From positions 1 through 26,351 of IMG/VR virus record IMGVR_UViG_3300030095_000291: a DNA stretch of 26,351 bases; one strand, 5' to 3'. Positions 1-8,235 of the stretch are shown in pieces (position 1 is the first letter of the stretch; every line of letters begins with the position of its first letter). The notes below the pieces were generated by a model, which had not been told where the DNA came from, made no database searches, and saw nothing but the letters and a program-made list of their open reading frames with translations. Position numbers and translations under genes: made by a program. This DNA comes from a virus (taxonomy: Duplodnaviria > Caudoviricetes).

Positions 1-242
1 TGGCCTATATTGGTTCAAGGGGAAGTTGGGAATTGAATCTGTACGATGATATTGCTGATGCAATTAAAGCTGCTGCAGTAATGGAAGGTGTCGATGTAAC
101 ATGGGGTGGTGCATGGCATAAGAAACTTAATGATTGGGATGGTACAGCAGAAGAATTAATGAATGAATATATTGATTTGCGGCGTGGTCAAGGCCGAAAA
201 CCCTTCATAGATGGACCTCATTTTCAATTAGAGATAAACTAA
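1..242 (+). CDS. Endolysin, M15-family (L-Ala-D-Glu) peptidase, C-terminal part (5'-truncated by the window)
   Basis: The frame is open from base 3 (AYIGSRGSWELNLYDDIADA...), so the TTG at 33 is not the true start. WGGxW and C-terminal DGPHFQL motifs are typical of phage M15 peptidases. Confidence 0.8.
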   Translation, partial: AYIGSRGSWELNLYDDIADAIKAAAVMEGVDVTWGGAWHKKLNDWDGTAEELMNEYIDLRRGQGRKPFIDGPHFQLEIN

Positions 243-469
243 TGGGTTTGTGGCTACCAATAATACTACTATGTTCAGCACCTTATGCAGAAAGTTGTGT
301 AGTAATAACAGGAAATGAGTTAGTAAAAACAAAAGAACAATGCTTTGCTAATTCTGTAGCGAAAGCAAAGGTGGCTATGCAGAGTCCTCAAGTCTTTCAA
401 GCTAAACCAATGTGCCAAATTGTACCTAGTATAGTATTACCCGAAGAAGCAAAAGGAAAAGATATATAA
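242..469 (+). CDS. Small exported/membrane protein with four Cys, function unknown
   Basis: Hydrophobic N-terminus (MGLWLPIILLC); TAATG stop/start overlaps at both ends; adjacent to the endolysin. Confidence 0.6.
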   Translation: MGLWLPIILLCSAPYAESCVVITGNELVKTKEQCFANSVAKAKVAMQSPQVFQAKPMCQIVPSIVLPEEAKGKDI

Positions 470-840
470 TGGCTAGACAGTTAACTGAAATGCAACAACG
501 CTTTCTTGATGTTCTCTTTGAAGAAGCAGGTGGTAATGTTGTTGCAGCTAAAAAACTTGCAGGATATTCTGAAACAAGTAGTACATCGGATATTACAAAA
601 GGTTTAAAGGATGAGATACTTGAAGCTACACAGCTATATATGGCACGTAATGCACCACAGGCTGCTGTAGCCATTACAGGTAGTTTATCTGATCCTACAC
701 AATTAGGTGTACGAGATAGACTTGCAGCAGCAAAAGAACTGTTAGATCGTACAGGTTTAATTAAAACAGAAAAGGTGCAAGTGGAAGCAAGTGGTGGTGT
801 GGTACTTATGCCACCTAAGAATAGTGAAGGAGATTACTAA
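469..840 (+). CDS. terS: Terminase small subunit
   Basis: LTxxQxxF...GNVVAAKKLAGYS HTH-like N-terminus and DRLAAAKELLDRTG motif typical of TerS; AAAGGA RBS; lies upstream of TerL. Confidence 0.75.
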   Translation: MARQLTEMQQRFLDVLFEEAGGNVVAAKKLAGYSETSSTSDITKGLKDEILEATQLYMARNAPQAAVAITGSLSDPTQLGVRDRLAAAKELLDRTGLIKTEKVQVEASGGVVLMPPKNSEGDY

Positions 841-1088
841 TGGCTTCAGTAAAAACAAAATTATACGATAGAATAATGGACCTTCAAAATGATATGATGT
901 TAATTGAATTAGATGAATATGAAGGACCTATGTCATCTGACAAAGTATACAAGACCTATGATCGTTTAACTGCAAAATATGAAGATAAATATGGTAATCC
1001 GGGAACATTTAATAAAGGTGGCCTTACAAAAAAGAAGTATGTTAATCCTGTTAAGATAGTAGACAATTTAAGAAAAAAGAAAAAATGA
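840..1088 (+). CDS. Small protein with FNKGGL motif and Lys-rich C-terminal tail (putative internal virion protein)
   Basis: 82-aa ORF coupled by TAATG, GAAGGAG upstream; acidic body, then FNKGGL, then a basic tail ending LRKKKK. Confidence 0.65.
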   Translation: MASVKTKLYDRIMDLQNDMMLIELDEYEGPMSSDKVYKTYDRLTAKYEDKYGNPGTFNKGGLTKKKYVNPVKIVDNLRKKKK

Positions 1089-1516
1089 ACCGATCAATAG
1101 GTAAATGGGAATTGCCGCAACCTACCGATATTAAAGAGGATAATGAGTGGCAACCTATTCCTAGAATAGCAAGAACAATACCTTTTGGGTATGAGCAAGA
1201 TCAAGAAGATCCTAATTTATTATTACCTATACCCAAGCAATTAAATTTATTAGAAACAGCTAAGACTTATACTAATCAATATTCATATCGTGAAGTGGCA
1301 AATTGGTTGTCTTCTCAAACAGATAGATATATTTCACATTCAGGTTTAAGGAAACGTCTACAGAATGAACGACAGCGTAAAAACAAAGCTAGAAGCCTAC
1401 GCAAGTGGGCAGAGTATGCAGAAAAGGCGATCACCAAAGCGAAAGAGATCGAAGCCAAAAGAACAGGTGCAAACGAAAACACAACAAGCACCCATTATCA
1501 AGAGAGAACCAACTAA
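1085..1516 (+). CDS. Stand-alone DNA-binding protein resembling the recombinase domain of large serine recombinases
   Basis: ATGA overlap with the previous gene; IPFGY...SYREVANWL...ISHSGLRKRL pattern; no catalytic resolvase domain. Confidence 0.55.
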   Translation: MNRSIGKWELPQPTDIKEDNEWQPIPRIARTIPFGYEQDQEDPNLLLPIPKQLNLLETAKTYTNQYSYREVANWLSSQTDRYISHSGLRKRLQNERQRKNKARSLRKWAEYAEKAITKAKEIEAKRTGANENTTSTHYQERTN

Positions 1517-2921
1517 GGTAGAAGAAACACTTAATGTAGTTTTTAAACCTAATGAAGGACCTCAAACTAATTTTCTTGCAAGTGGCGAGAGAGAAGTTCT
1601 TTATGGCGGCTCGGCTGGTGGCGGCAAGTCTTATGCAATGTTAGCAGATCCTTTACGATACTTACAACATCCTAATTTTAGTGGATTGTTACTAAGACAT
1701 ACAACGGAAGAGTTAAGAGAACTTGTGTGGAAGTCACAAGAATTATACCCTAAAGTTATACCAAATATAAAATGGTCAGAGAGAAAAATGCAATGGGTCA
1801 CACCTGCGGGTGGAAGATTGTGGTTTTCTTATTTAGATAGAGAAGAAGATGTATTACGCTATCAAGGTTTAGCATTTACGTGGATAGGCTTTGACGAACT
1901 TACACAGTGGCCTACACCTTTTGCTTGGAATTATTTACGTTCACGTTTACGTACTGCTAGTTCTGATCTTCCTATTTATATGAGAGCAACAACAAACCCG
2001 GGTGGTAGAGGACATGGTTGGGTAAAGAAAATGTTTATTGATCCTGCTCCTGCAGGTGAAGCATTTCACGCAACAGATATAGAAACAAATGAAACACTTA
2101 CATATCCAACAGGTCATAGTAAAGAAGGTCAACCATTATTTAAACGCAGGTTTATTCCTGCGAGACTATTTGATAATCCTTATCTCGCAGAACAAGGTGA
2201 TTATGAGTCTATGCTCTTGTCATTGCCTGAACAGCAAAGAAGACAACTCTTGGATGGAGATTGGGATATCAAAGAAGGTGCAGCGTTTACAGAGTTTAAT
2301 CGTGATATACATGTCATCGAACCTTTTGATATACCGACAGGTTGGACAAAGTTTAGGGCATGTGACTACGGATATGGAAGCAAGTCTGCAGTTTTATGGT
2401 TTGCTATTTCTCCTGACGAGCAGCTTATTGTATATAGGGAATTGTATGTATCGAAAGTACTAGCTACGGATTTAGCAGATATGATACTGGAGGTAGAACA
2501 AGATGACGGAACTATTGGCTACGGGGTGCTTGATAGCTCTCTTTGGCATAGGCGTGGTGATACTGGGCCATCGTTAGCCGAACAAATGATACAGAAAGGC
2601 TGCCGTTGGCGGCCATCAGATAGAAGTAAAGGAAGTAGGATTGCAGGGAAGAATGAGATTCACAGACGTTTACAGGTTGATGAGTTTACGGAAGAACCCC
2701 GTTTAGCTTTTTTTAATAACTGTACAAACACAATATCACAGCTTCCCTCAATTCCTCTAGATAAAAAGAATCCTGAAGATGTGGATACACAATCAGAAGA
2801 TCACTTGTATGATGCTCTAAGATATGGTATAATGTCTAGACCAAGATTTAGTGTATTTGATTATGAACCTCATAAACAAAATCATGGGCATCAGATAGCT
2901 GATACAACATTTGGATATTAA
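1365..2921 (+). CDS. terL: Terminase large subunit (start uncertain: ATG 1365, ATG 1416 or GTG 1467)
   Basis: Walker A GGSAGGGKS, Walker B WIGFDE, coupling motif ATTNPGG, nuclease motifs ACDYGY and DHLYDALRY. Confidence 0.95.
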   Translation: MNDSVKTKLEAYASGQSMQKRRSPKRKRSKPKEQVQTKTQQAPIIKREPTKVEETLNVVFKPNEGPQTNFLASGEREVLYGGSAGGGKSYAMLADPLRYLQHPNFSGLLLRHTTEELRELVWKSQELYPKVIPNIKWSERKMQWVTPAGGRLWFSYLDREEDVLRYQGLAFTWIGFDELTQWPTPFAWNYLRSRLRTASSDLPIYMRATTNPGGRGHGWVKKMFIDPAPAGEAFHATDIETNETLTYPTGHSKEGQPLFKRRFIPARLFDNPYLAEQGDYESMLLSLPEQQRRQLLDGDWDIKEGAAFTEFNRDIHVIEPFDIPTGWTKFRACDYGYGSKSAVLWFAISPDEQLIVYRELYVSKVLATDLADMILEVEQDDGTIGYGVLDSSLWHRRGDTGPSLAEQMIQKGCRWRPSDRSKGSRIAGKNEIHRRLQVDEFTEEPRLAFFNNCTNTISQLPSIPLDKKNPEDVDTQSEDHLYDALRYGIMSRPRFSVFDYEPHKQNHGHQIADTTFGY

Positions 2922-2922
2922 T

Positions 2923-5028
2923 ATGGAAGATAATGACGAAATAATGATTGATGATACATCTGTCGCTTTAGAAGATACTGATGAACCAAGTGAGATAAAA
3001 GTTATTTATCACATTATGGATAAGTATAAAAAAGCCGAAACTAATCGTGAGCAAGATGAAGTACGATGGTTAAAGTCGTACAAAAATTATAGAGGTCTAT
3101 ATGATTCCGATGTACAATTTACTGAAGCTGAAAAGTCAAGAGTGTTTATTAAGGTTACTAAGACCAAGACACTAGCAGCGTATGGGCAGATAGCTGATGT
3201 TTTATTTGCAGGAAACAAGTTTCCAGTAACAATAGAACCAACAGAATTACCAGAGGGCGTAGTAGAAAGCGTAAAGTTTGATCCTACTAAACCTGAACAG
3301 TTACGTGAAGAACCTATGGAAAGTCCTTATGGCTTTGAAGGTGATGGTAAGGAAATACCTGCAGGTGCTACTGAACAAAGTCTTATGGATAGCCTAGGAC
3401 CTCTTGAAGATAAACTAAAAGATGTAGAAGGATTAGAAGAAGGTGCAGGTCAAACTCCATCAGCTATAACATTTCATCCTGCAATGATTGCAGCTAAGAA
3501 GATGGAAAAGAAAATACACGATCAATTACAAGAATCAAATGCTAATACACATTTACGTAGCACAGCATTTGAGATGGCATTGTTTGGCACAGGTATTATC
3601 AAAGGACCTTTTGCTTTAGATAAAGAGTATCCTAATTGGAGTGATGAAGGAGAATACGAGCCACTATTTAAAACTGTGCCTTTAATATCACACGTATCTG
3701 TTTGGAACTTTTTTCCTGATCCTGATGCAAACAATATGCAAGAAGCACAATACGTATTTGAAAGACATAAAATGTCAAGATCACAATTACGTGGATTGAA
3801 AAGAAGACCATACTTTAGAGAAAGTGCTATTGATGATTGTATTACTATGGGTGAAAATTATATCAAGCAGTCTTGGGAAGATGATCTTTCTGACTACACT
3901 AATTCTGAAGAAATAAATAGATTTGAAGTATTTGAATATTGGGGTATGCTTGATATTGAAATGCTAAAAGAATACGATATTGAGATTCCAAAAGAATTAC
4001 AAAGCTATGATGAAGTACAAGTTAATGCTTGGGTATGTAACGAAAAATTATTAAGATTAGTTATTAATCCTTTTAAGCCTATGAATATACCTTATATGGC
4101 TGCTCCATATGAACTCAATCCTTATAGTTTCTTTGGTGTAGGATTAGCAGAAAACATGGATGATACGCAAACACTAATGAATGGTTTTATGCGTATGTCG
4201 GTAGATAATGCTGTATTATCTGGTAATCTACTAATTGAGGTAGATGAAACTAACTTAGTTCCCGGACAAGATCTTAGTGTCTATCCCGGCAAAGTCTTTC
4301 GTAGACAAGGTGGGGCCCCGGGGCAAGCTATCTTTGGAACTAAATTTCCTAACGTATCAAATGAAAACTTGCAGTTGTTTGATAAAGCTAGACAACTTGC
4401 AGATGAATCTACAGGCTTTCCTTCTTTTGCACATGGACAGACAGGTGTATCAGGTGTAGGTAGGACAGCTAGTGGTATATCTATGCTAATGAATGCTGCA
4501 TCAGGTGGCGTTAAAACTGTTATTAAAAACATAGATGATTATATACTTAGACCATTAGGTGAAGGTTTATTTAGATTTAATATGCAGTTTGATTTTGATC
4601 CAGAGATTAAGGGCGATCTTGAAGTTAAGGCTAGAGGTACTGAAAGCTTAATGGCAAATGAAGTACGTAGCCAAAGACTGATGCAATTTTTACAGGTAGC
4701 ATCTAATCCTGCATTAGCACCTTTTGCTAAGATGGATTATATCATAAGCGAGATAGCTAAGTCTTTAGATTTAGATCCAGAAAAAGTCACTAACAATAAA
4801 GCAGAAGCCGTACTACAAGCTGAACTAATGAAACAATTCCAACAACAACAGCCACAACCACAAGGTCAACCACCTGCGGGAGCAAATCCGAATGATCCGA
4901 CAGGAGCAGGCGGCGGCACAATAGGAACTGGTATGGCACCGGGACCACAAGAACAAGGATTTACAGGTAATGCACAGCCACAAGGAACTCAAGGTCCTCC
5001 TCAACAACCTCAAACCCCTATGCAATAA
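2923..5028 (+). CDS. Portal protein
   Basis: ~700 aa directly after TerL; FGTGIIKG, VSVWNFFPDP, FFGVGLAE and RTASGISML motifs typical of podovirus portals; Q/P/G-rich tail. ATG 2923 preferred over TTG 2911. Confidence 0.9.
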   Translation: MEDNDEIMIDDTSVALEDTDEPSEIKVIYHIMDKYKKAETNREQDEVRWLKSYKNYRGLYDSDVQFTEAEKSRVFIKVTKTKTLAAYGQIADVLFAGNKFPVTIEPTELPEGVVESVKFDPTKPEQLREEPMESPYGFEGDGKEIPAGATEQSLMDSLGPLEDKLKDVEGLEEGAGQTPSAITFHPAMIAAKKMEKKIHDQLQESNANTHLRSTAFEMALFGTGIIKGPFALDKEYPNWSDEGEYEPLFKTVPLISHVSVWNFFPDPDANNMQEAQYVFERHKMSRSQLRGLKRRPYFRESAIDDCITMGENYIKQSWEDDLSDYTNSEEINRFEVFEYWGMLDIEMLKEYDIEIPKELQSYDEVQVNAWVCNEKLLRLVINPFKPMNIPYMAAPYELNPYSFFGVGLAENMDDTQTLMNGFMRMSVDNAVLSGNLLIEVDETNLVPGQDLSVYPGKVFRRQGGAPGQAIFGTKFPNVSNENLQLFDKARQLADESTGFPSFAHGQTGVSGVGRTASGISMLMNAASGGVKTVIKNIDDYILRPLGEGLFRFNMQFDFDPEIKGDLEVKARGTESLMANEVRSQRLMQFLQVASNPALAPFAKMDYIISEIAKSLDLDPEKVTNNKAEAVLQAELMKQFQQQQPQPQGQPPAGANPNDPTGAGGGTIGTGMAPGPQEQGFTGNAQPQGTQGPPQQPQTPMQ

Positions 5029-5203
5029 TGCACAGTTATGGGATGCGTTTGTTGAATATTTAGGGTATCACGAAATAAATCAGATAAAAGTTATGGAGCA
5101 AACAGATAATCCAGATTTGTGGAAAAGATCACAAGGATCGTTAGCTATACTTAGAAAGTTACAGTCACTTAGGGATGAAGTAAATGTCAAAGACATCTCG
5201 TAA
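4970..5203 (+). CDS. Small helical head-module protein downstream of portal
   Basis: 77-aa ORF overlapping the portal end and the next start; RSQGxxxxLRKLxxLRDEVN pattern of small post-portal proteins; AAGGA at 4955-4959. Confidence 0.6.
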   Translation: MHSHKELKVLLNNLKPLCNNAQLWDAFVEYLGYHEINQIKVMEQTDNPDLWKRSQGSLAILRKLQSLRDEVNVKDIS

Positions 5204-7118
5204 AAAGGTTGGCAAAAATACTGGTAAGACTACCAAAGCAGGTAGACCTATTTTTAAAACAGATGAAGGTGAAGAGAGATCAGAGTATTCTGCCACAATT
5301 AGGTTAGATAATGGTAAATACATTAATATACCTAGTATCCATAATGGTATGTACTATAACGAAAATGAATTAAAAGAAGCCGTAGAGGATAATCGTATGA
5401 TTCCTACTAGTGAGCATGATTCTTTGGAAGAAGCTATTGAAGCTGCTAAAAAAAGAAGTAAAGGATTAAACAAAGGTGGAACTATGGAAAAACAAATGGA
5501 ACTTTTTAATATGGGTGGTTTACCAGAAATGTCACCACAAAAATCTGATATGTCTTCTGGAACATTTTTATTTGCAGAGGGTGGAATGGCAGATGATGGT
5601 GGAGAAAAAGATCCAGTATCGGGAAACGATGTACCATCAGGTTCAATGGCTGAAGAAGTAAGAGATGATGTACCTGCAATGGTAAGTGAAGGTGAATTTA
5701 TTTTTCCTGCAGATGTAACACGTTTTATTGGTTTGAATAAACTTATGGAATTAAGACAAGACGCTAAGATGGGTCTAAAGAAAATGGAAGCTATGGGTCA
5801 GTTAGGTAATCCTGAAGATGCTGAACTTCCTGATGATATTCCTTTTGATATGGCTGACATTATTATTATGGATGATGAAGCTGCAATGGATGAAAAAGAT
5901 ATGCAAGCAGATGAAATGAACATGGGTGGCTTATTAGGTTTTAATACAGGCACAGCCGATCCTGCATCTGGTTACTACGATATTCAAAAAGAAGCAAATA
6001 AACAATATGCTAGAAGATATGTATATTATAAAAATGAAACAACAGGTGAAACAAGAAAAATATTAGCTGACTATAGAGGTAATGCATTAGAGCCAATACC
6101 TGATGGATTTAAAGTTATGCTAAATGCAGATGGATCACCTATGACTGTATTACCTAAGAAAGAAGAAGAGGGCGATAAAGCACCAGAGGTAAAGCCACAG
6201 CAAGGGCAACGTGACGATGATGATGGACCAGAGCCAGAAACTTTTTATTCTTCTGAATATTTAGCAGAAAAGTTTAAAGGTGATGTAATATTAGATAAGA
6301 ATGGTAATCCAAGATCTATGACAGAGCAAGGATATAACGCTGTATTAACATCTGCAAATAGATTAGGATTAGATGCAAACACGTATTTTAATTTGCCAAT
6401 GGGTGCAAAGATGGATATGCTTGGGCAAGAGTTTGCAGGAATGTTTGGTAAAGATGTAGATCAAGATTATATTAACAATATTGTAAAACAAGTACAAGCA
6501 GGCGAGTATAAGAGTAAAGGTCTATTTGGATTCTTAGGTGGTATTGGTGATTGGATATCAGGTTGGTTTGGAGATTCTGACGCTGAAGATACACAAAAGA
6601 AAATTAAGCTTGCTCAAGATAGCAAGAAACAAAATAAAAATTGGTGGGATAAAAAACCTGAAAAAGAAATAGGTACAGCAGGTAGAGATATTGGAACAGG
6701 TTATGGTCCTTATAAAGGTACTAGTTTAACTGATACACAAAAATCTTTTACTACAAGATATGATGTGTCTTCAGGTGGAAAGATGGATGTTATTGATTTA
6801 GGAAAACGAGCAAACCAAAGAAATAAAGGAGTAGGAGACTATAGAGAACCTAATGCAAAGAAAAAAACAGACTTTAGTACAGGTACATCAAGAGTTTATC
6901 GTGATGATAGTGGAAAAGCTGCATACACAAAAGAAGCAATAGATGCATCTAAAGACCTTAATAAGAAAAATGTTTCTTATGCAAAAGAACAAGAAAAGAA
7001 AGATAAAGCAACTAAAGGAGGTTCAGGATATACAGTAGGTGCAAAAGGAATGCTAGTATCTAAACCTAATACAAAGAAACCAACAACAAGGAAGACTTTA
7101 GTACAAAAGAAATCCTAA
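5184..7118 (+). CDS. Putative internal virion/ejection protein, modular, with repeated xxGG motifs
   Basis: 644 aa between portal and scaffold; DDVPAMVSEGEFIFPADV motif; LNKGG, FNMGGL, FAEGGM and MNMGGL motifs; basic N- and C-termini. Confidence 0.6.
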   Translation: MSKTSRKKVGKNTGKTTKAGRPIFKTDEGEERSEYSATIRLDNGKYINIPSIHNGMYYNENELKEAVEDNRMIPTSEHDSLEEAIEAAKKRSKGLNKGGTMEKQMELFNMGGLPEMSPQKSDMSSGTFLFAEGGMADDGGEKDPVSGNDVPSGSMAEEVRDDVPAMVSEGEFIFPADVTRFIGLNKLMELRQDAKMGLKKMEAMGQLGNPEDAELPDDIPFDMADIIIMDDEAAMDEKDMQADEMNMGGLLGFNTGTADPASGYYDIQKEANKQYARRYVYYKNETTGETRKILADYRGNALEPIPDGFKVMLNADGSPMTVLPKKEEEGDKAPEVKPQQGQRDDDDGPEPETFYSSEYLAEKFKGDVILDKNGNPRSMTEQGYNAVLTSANRLGLDANTYFNLPMGAKMDMLGQEFAGMFGKDVDQDYINNIVKQVQAGEYKSKGLFGFLGGIGDWISGWFGDSDAEDTQKKIKLAQDSKKQNKNWWDKKPEKEIGTAGRDIGTGYGPYKGTSLTDTQKSFTTRYDVSSGGKMDVIDLGKRANQRNKGVGDYREPNAKKKTDFSTGTSRVYRDDSGKAAYTKEAIDASKDLNKKNVSYAKEQEKKDKATKGGSGYTVGAKGMLVSKPNTKKPTTRKTLVQKKS

Positions 7119-7120
7119 TT

Positions 7121-7143
7121 AGCTACTCACATATAGTGACCCT
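7121..7143 (+). promoter_or_regulatory. Leader hairpin with a 2x4 internal loop just upstream of the scaffold RBS
   Basis: AG[CTAC]TCAC-atata-GTGA[CC]CT; RBS AAAGGA follows at 7146-7151. Confidence 0.5.
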
Positions 7144-7160
7144 TGAAAGGAAAAATATCA

Positions 7161-8024
7161 ATGGAACAAGCAACTGTAGCAGGTGTAGTGCAACCTGAAA
7201 AGAAAATGGCATTTACTAATCGGAAGTATACTAATGAAGAACGTCTAAAAAAAGAAGAAGAGGAATTAGCACAACTTGTTGAAGAAAGTAAACCGAAAGC
7301 TGAAGAAGTTGAAGCTGAAGATACTAAAAATCTTTCGGCTGAAGAAAAGACTTTTAAAAAACGTTATGGCGATTTGCGTAGGCATCTTCAAAGTAAAGAA
7401 AAAGAATTTGGAGACGAACTCTCACAAATTAAAAAACAACTAGAGGAAGCCACACGTAAAGAAATAAAACTACCTAAGAGTGAGGAAGATCTAGATGCTT
7501 GGATAAAAAAGTATCCTGATGTGGCTGCAATAGTTGAAAGTATTGCTATCAAGAAAGCCAAAGAGCAAACACAAGAACTAGATGCACGTGTACAAGAAAT
7601 TAAAGAGATGCAAACTAATGTATCTAGAGAGAAAGCTGAAGCACAATTACTAGCATATCATCCTGATTTTAATGATATTAAAGAAACGGATGAGTTCCAC
7701 GAATGGGCAGACGAACAGCCTAAATGGATACAAGATGCTCTGTATGAAAATGAGAGTGATGCTAAAGCTGCTGCTAGAGCAATAGATTTGTATAAAGCTG
7801 ATACAGGTATCGGCACAAAGAAAAAGAATAGTCCCAAAGATGCAGCAAAAACTGTAACTACACGACCAACAAAAGGTCAACCTGATACAGAAGCTACCGG
7901 GACAATAAGAGAATCAGAAGTAAACTCAATGTCAGCACAAGAGTATGAAAAGAATGCTGACATGATTATGGAATCAATCCGTAGTGGGAAGTTTATTTAT
8001 GACCTGTCAGGCAACGCAAGATAA
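7161..8024 (+). CDS. Capsid scaffolding protein
   Basis: Highly charged coiled coil (FKKRYGDLRRH...) directly upstream of MCP, with a C-terminal capsid-binding-type helix (MSAQEYEKNADMIMESIRSGKF). ATG 7161 has AAAGGA upstream; TTG 7143 is unlikely. Confidence 0.85.
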   Translation: MEQATVAGVVQPEKKMAFTNRKYTNEERLKKEEEELAQLVEESKPKAEEVEAEDTKNLSAEEKTFKKRYGDLRRHLQSKEKEFGDELSQIKKQLEEATRKEIKLPKSEEDLDAWIKKYPDVAAIVESIAIKKAKEQTQELDARVQEIKEMQTNVSREKAEAQLLAYHPDFNDIKETDEFHEWADEQPKWIQDALYENESDAKAAARAIDLYKADTGIGTKKKNSPKDAAKTVTTRPTKGQPDTEATGTIRESEVNSMSAQEYEKNADMIMESIRSGKFIYDLSGNAR

Positions 8025-8027
8025 TGC

Positions 8028-8055
8028 TTGACAATTAAGTAGTTATTAGTATAAC
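8028..8055 (+). promoter_or_regulatory. Sigma70-type promoter for the capsid genes
   Basis: TTGACA at 8028-8033, 16-nt spacer, TATAAC at 8050-8055, in the only large intergenic gap. Confidence 0.7.
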
Positions 8056-8068
8056 TAGATACTATTAG

Positions 8069-8185
8069 ATAGAGTGTTACCCGGAAACGACACTAACACT
8101 TTATAATTAGGAAACAACAAAATTTACTTGAAGACTATCTGAATAGTTTAAGCCGTTCTACATCTACCTTAAACTCTCGGCCTCT
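8069..8185 (+). ncRNA. Structured 5' leader of the MCP mRNA (putative cis-regulatory RNA)
   Basis: Hairpin A: 8069-8079 pairs with 8094-8104, capped by CG-GAAA-CG. Hairpin B: 8132-8185, containing a perfect 8-bp stem AGTTTAAG/CTTAAACT. Three CC/NYAY internal loops. Confidence 0.6.
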
Positions 8186-8235
8186 CTAGTAGCTTGTAGT
8201 TTACATCTGTTTTGGAAATATAAGGAGAATTAATT

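Noticed and set aside
1085-1516. Integrase / evidence of lysogeny
   Set aside because: Only a DNA-binding-like domain is present; no catalytic serine-recombinase domain or att site is visible.
2089-2463. Alternative-frame + strand ORFs nested in real genes (2089, 4277, 5476, 12930, 13758, 21035)
   Set aside because: Fully nested in conserved genes, with atypical composition and no supporting motifs.
4840-5028. CAA-rich low-complexity tract as a DNA repeat element
   Set aside because: It simply encodes the Q/P/G-rich disordered portal tail.
8132-8202. Alternative pairing AGACTA (8132-8137) with TAGTTT (8197-8202) as a riboswitch-like switch
   Set aside because: Only 6 weak pairs, no recognisable aptamer, and the RBS is not sequestered; kept only as an alternative fold to test.
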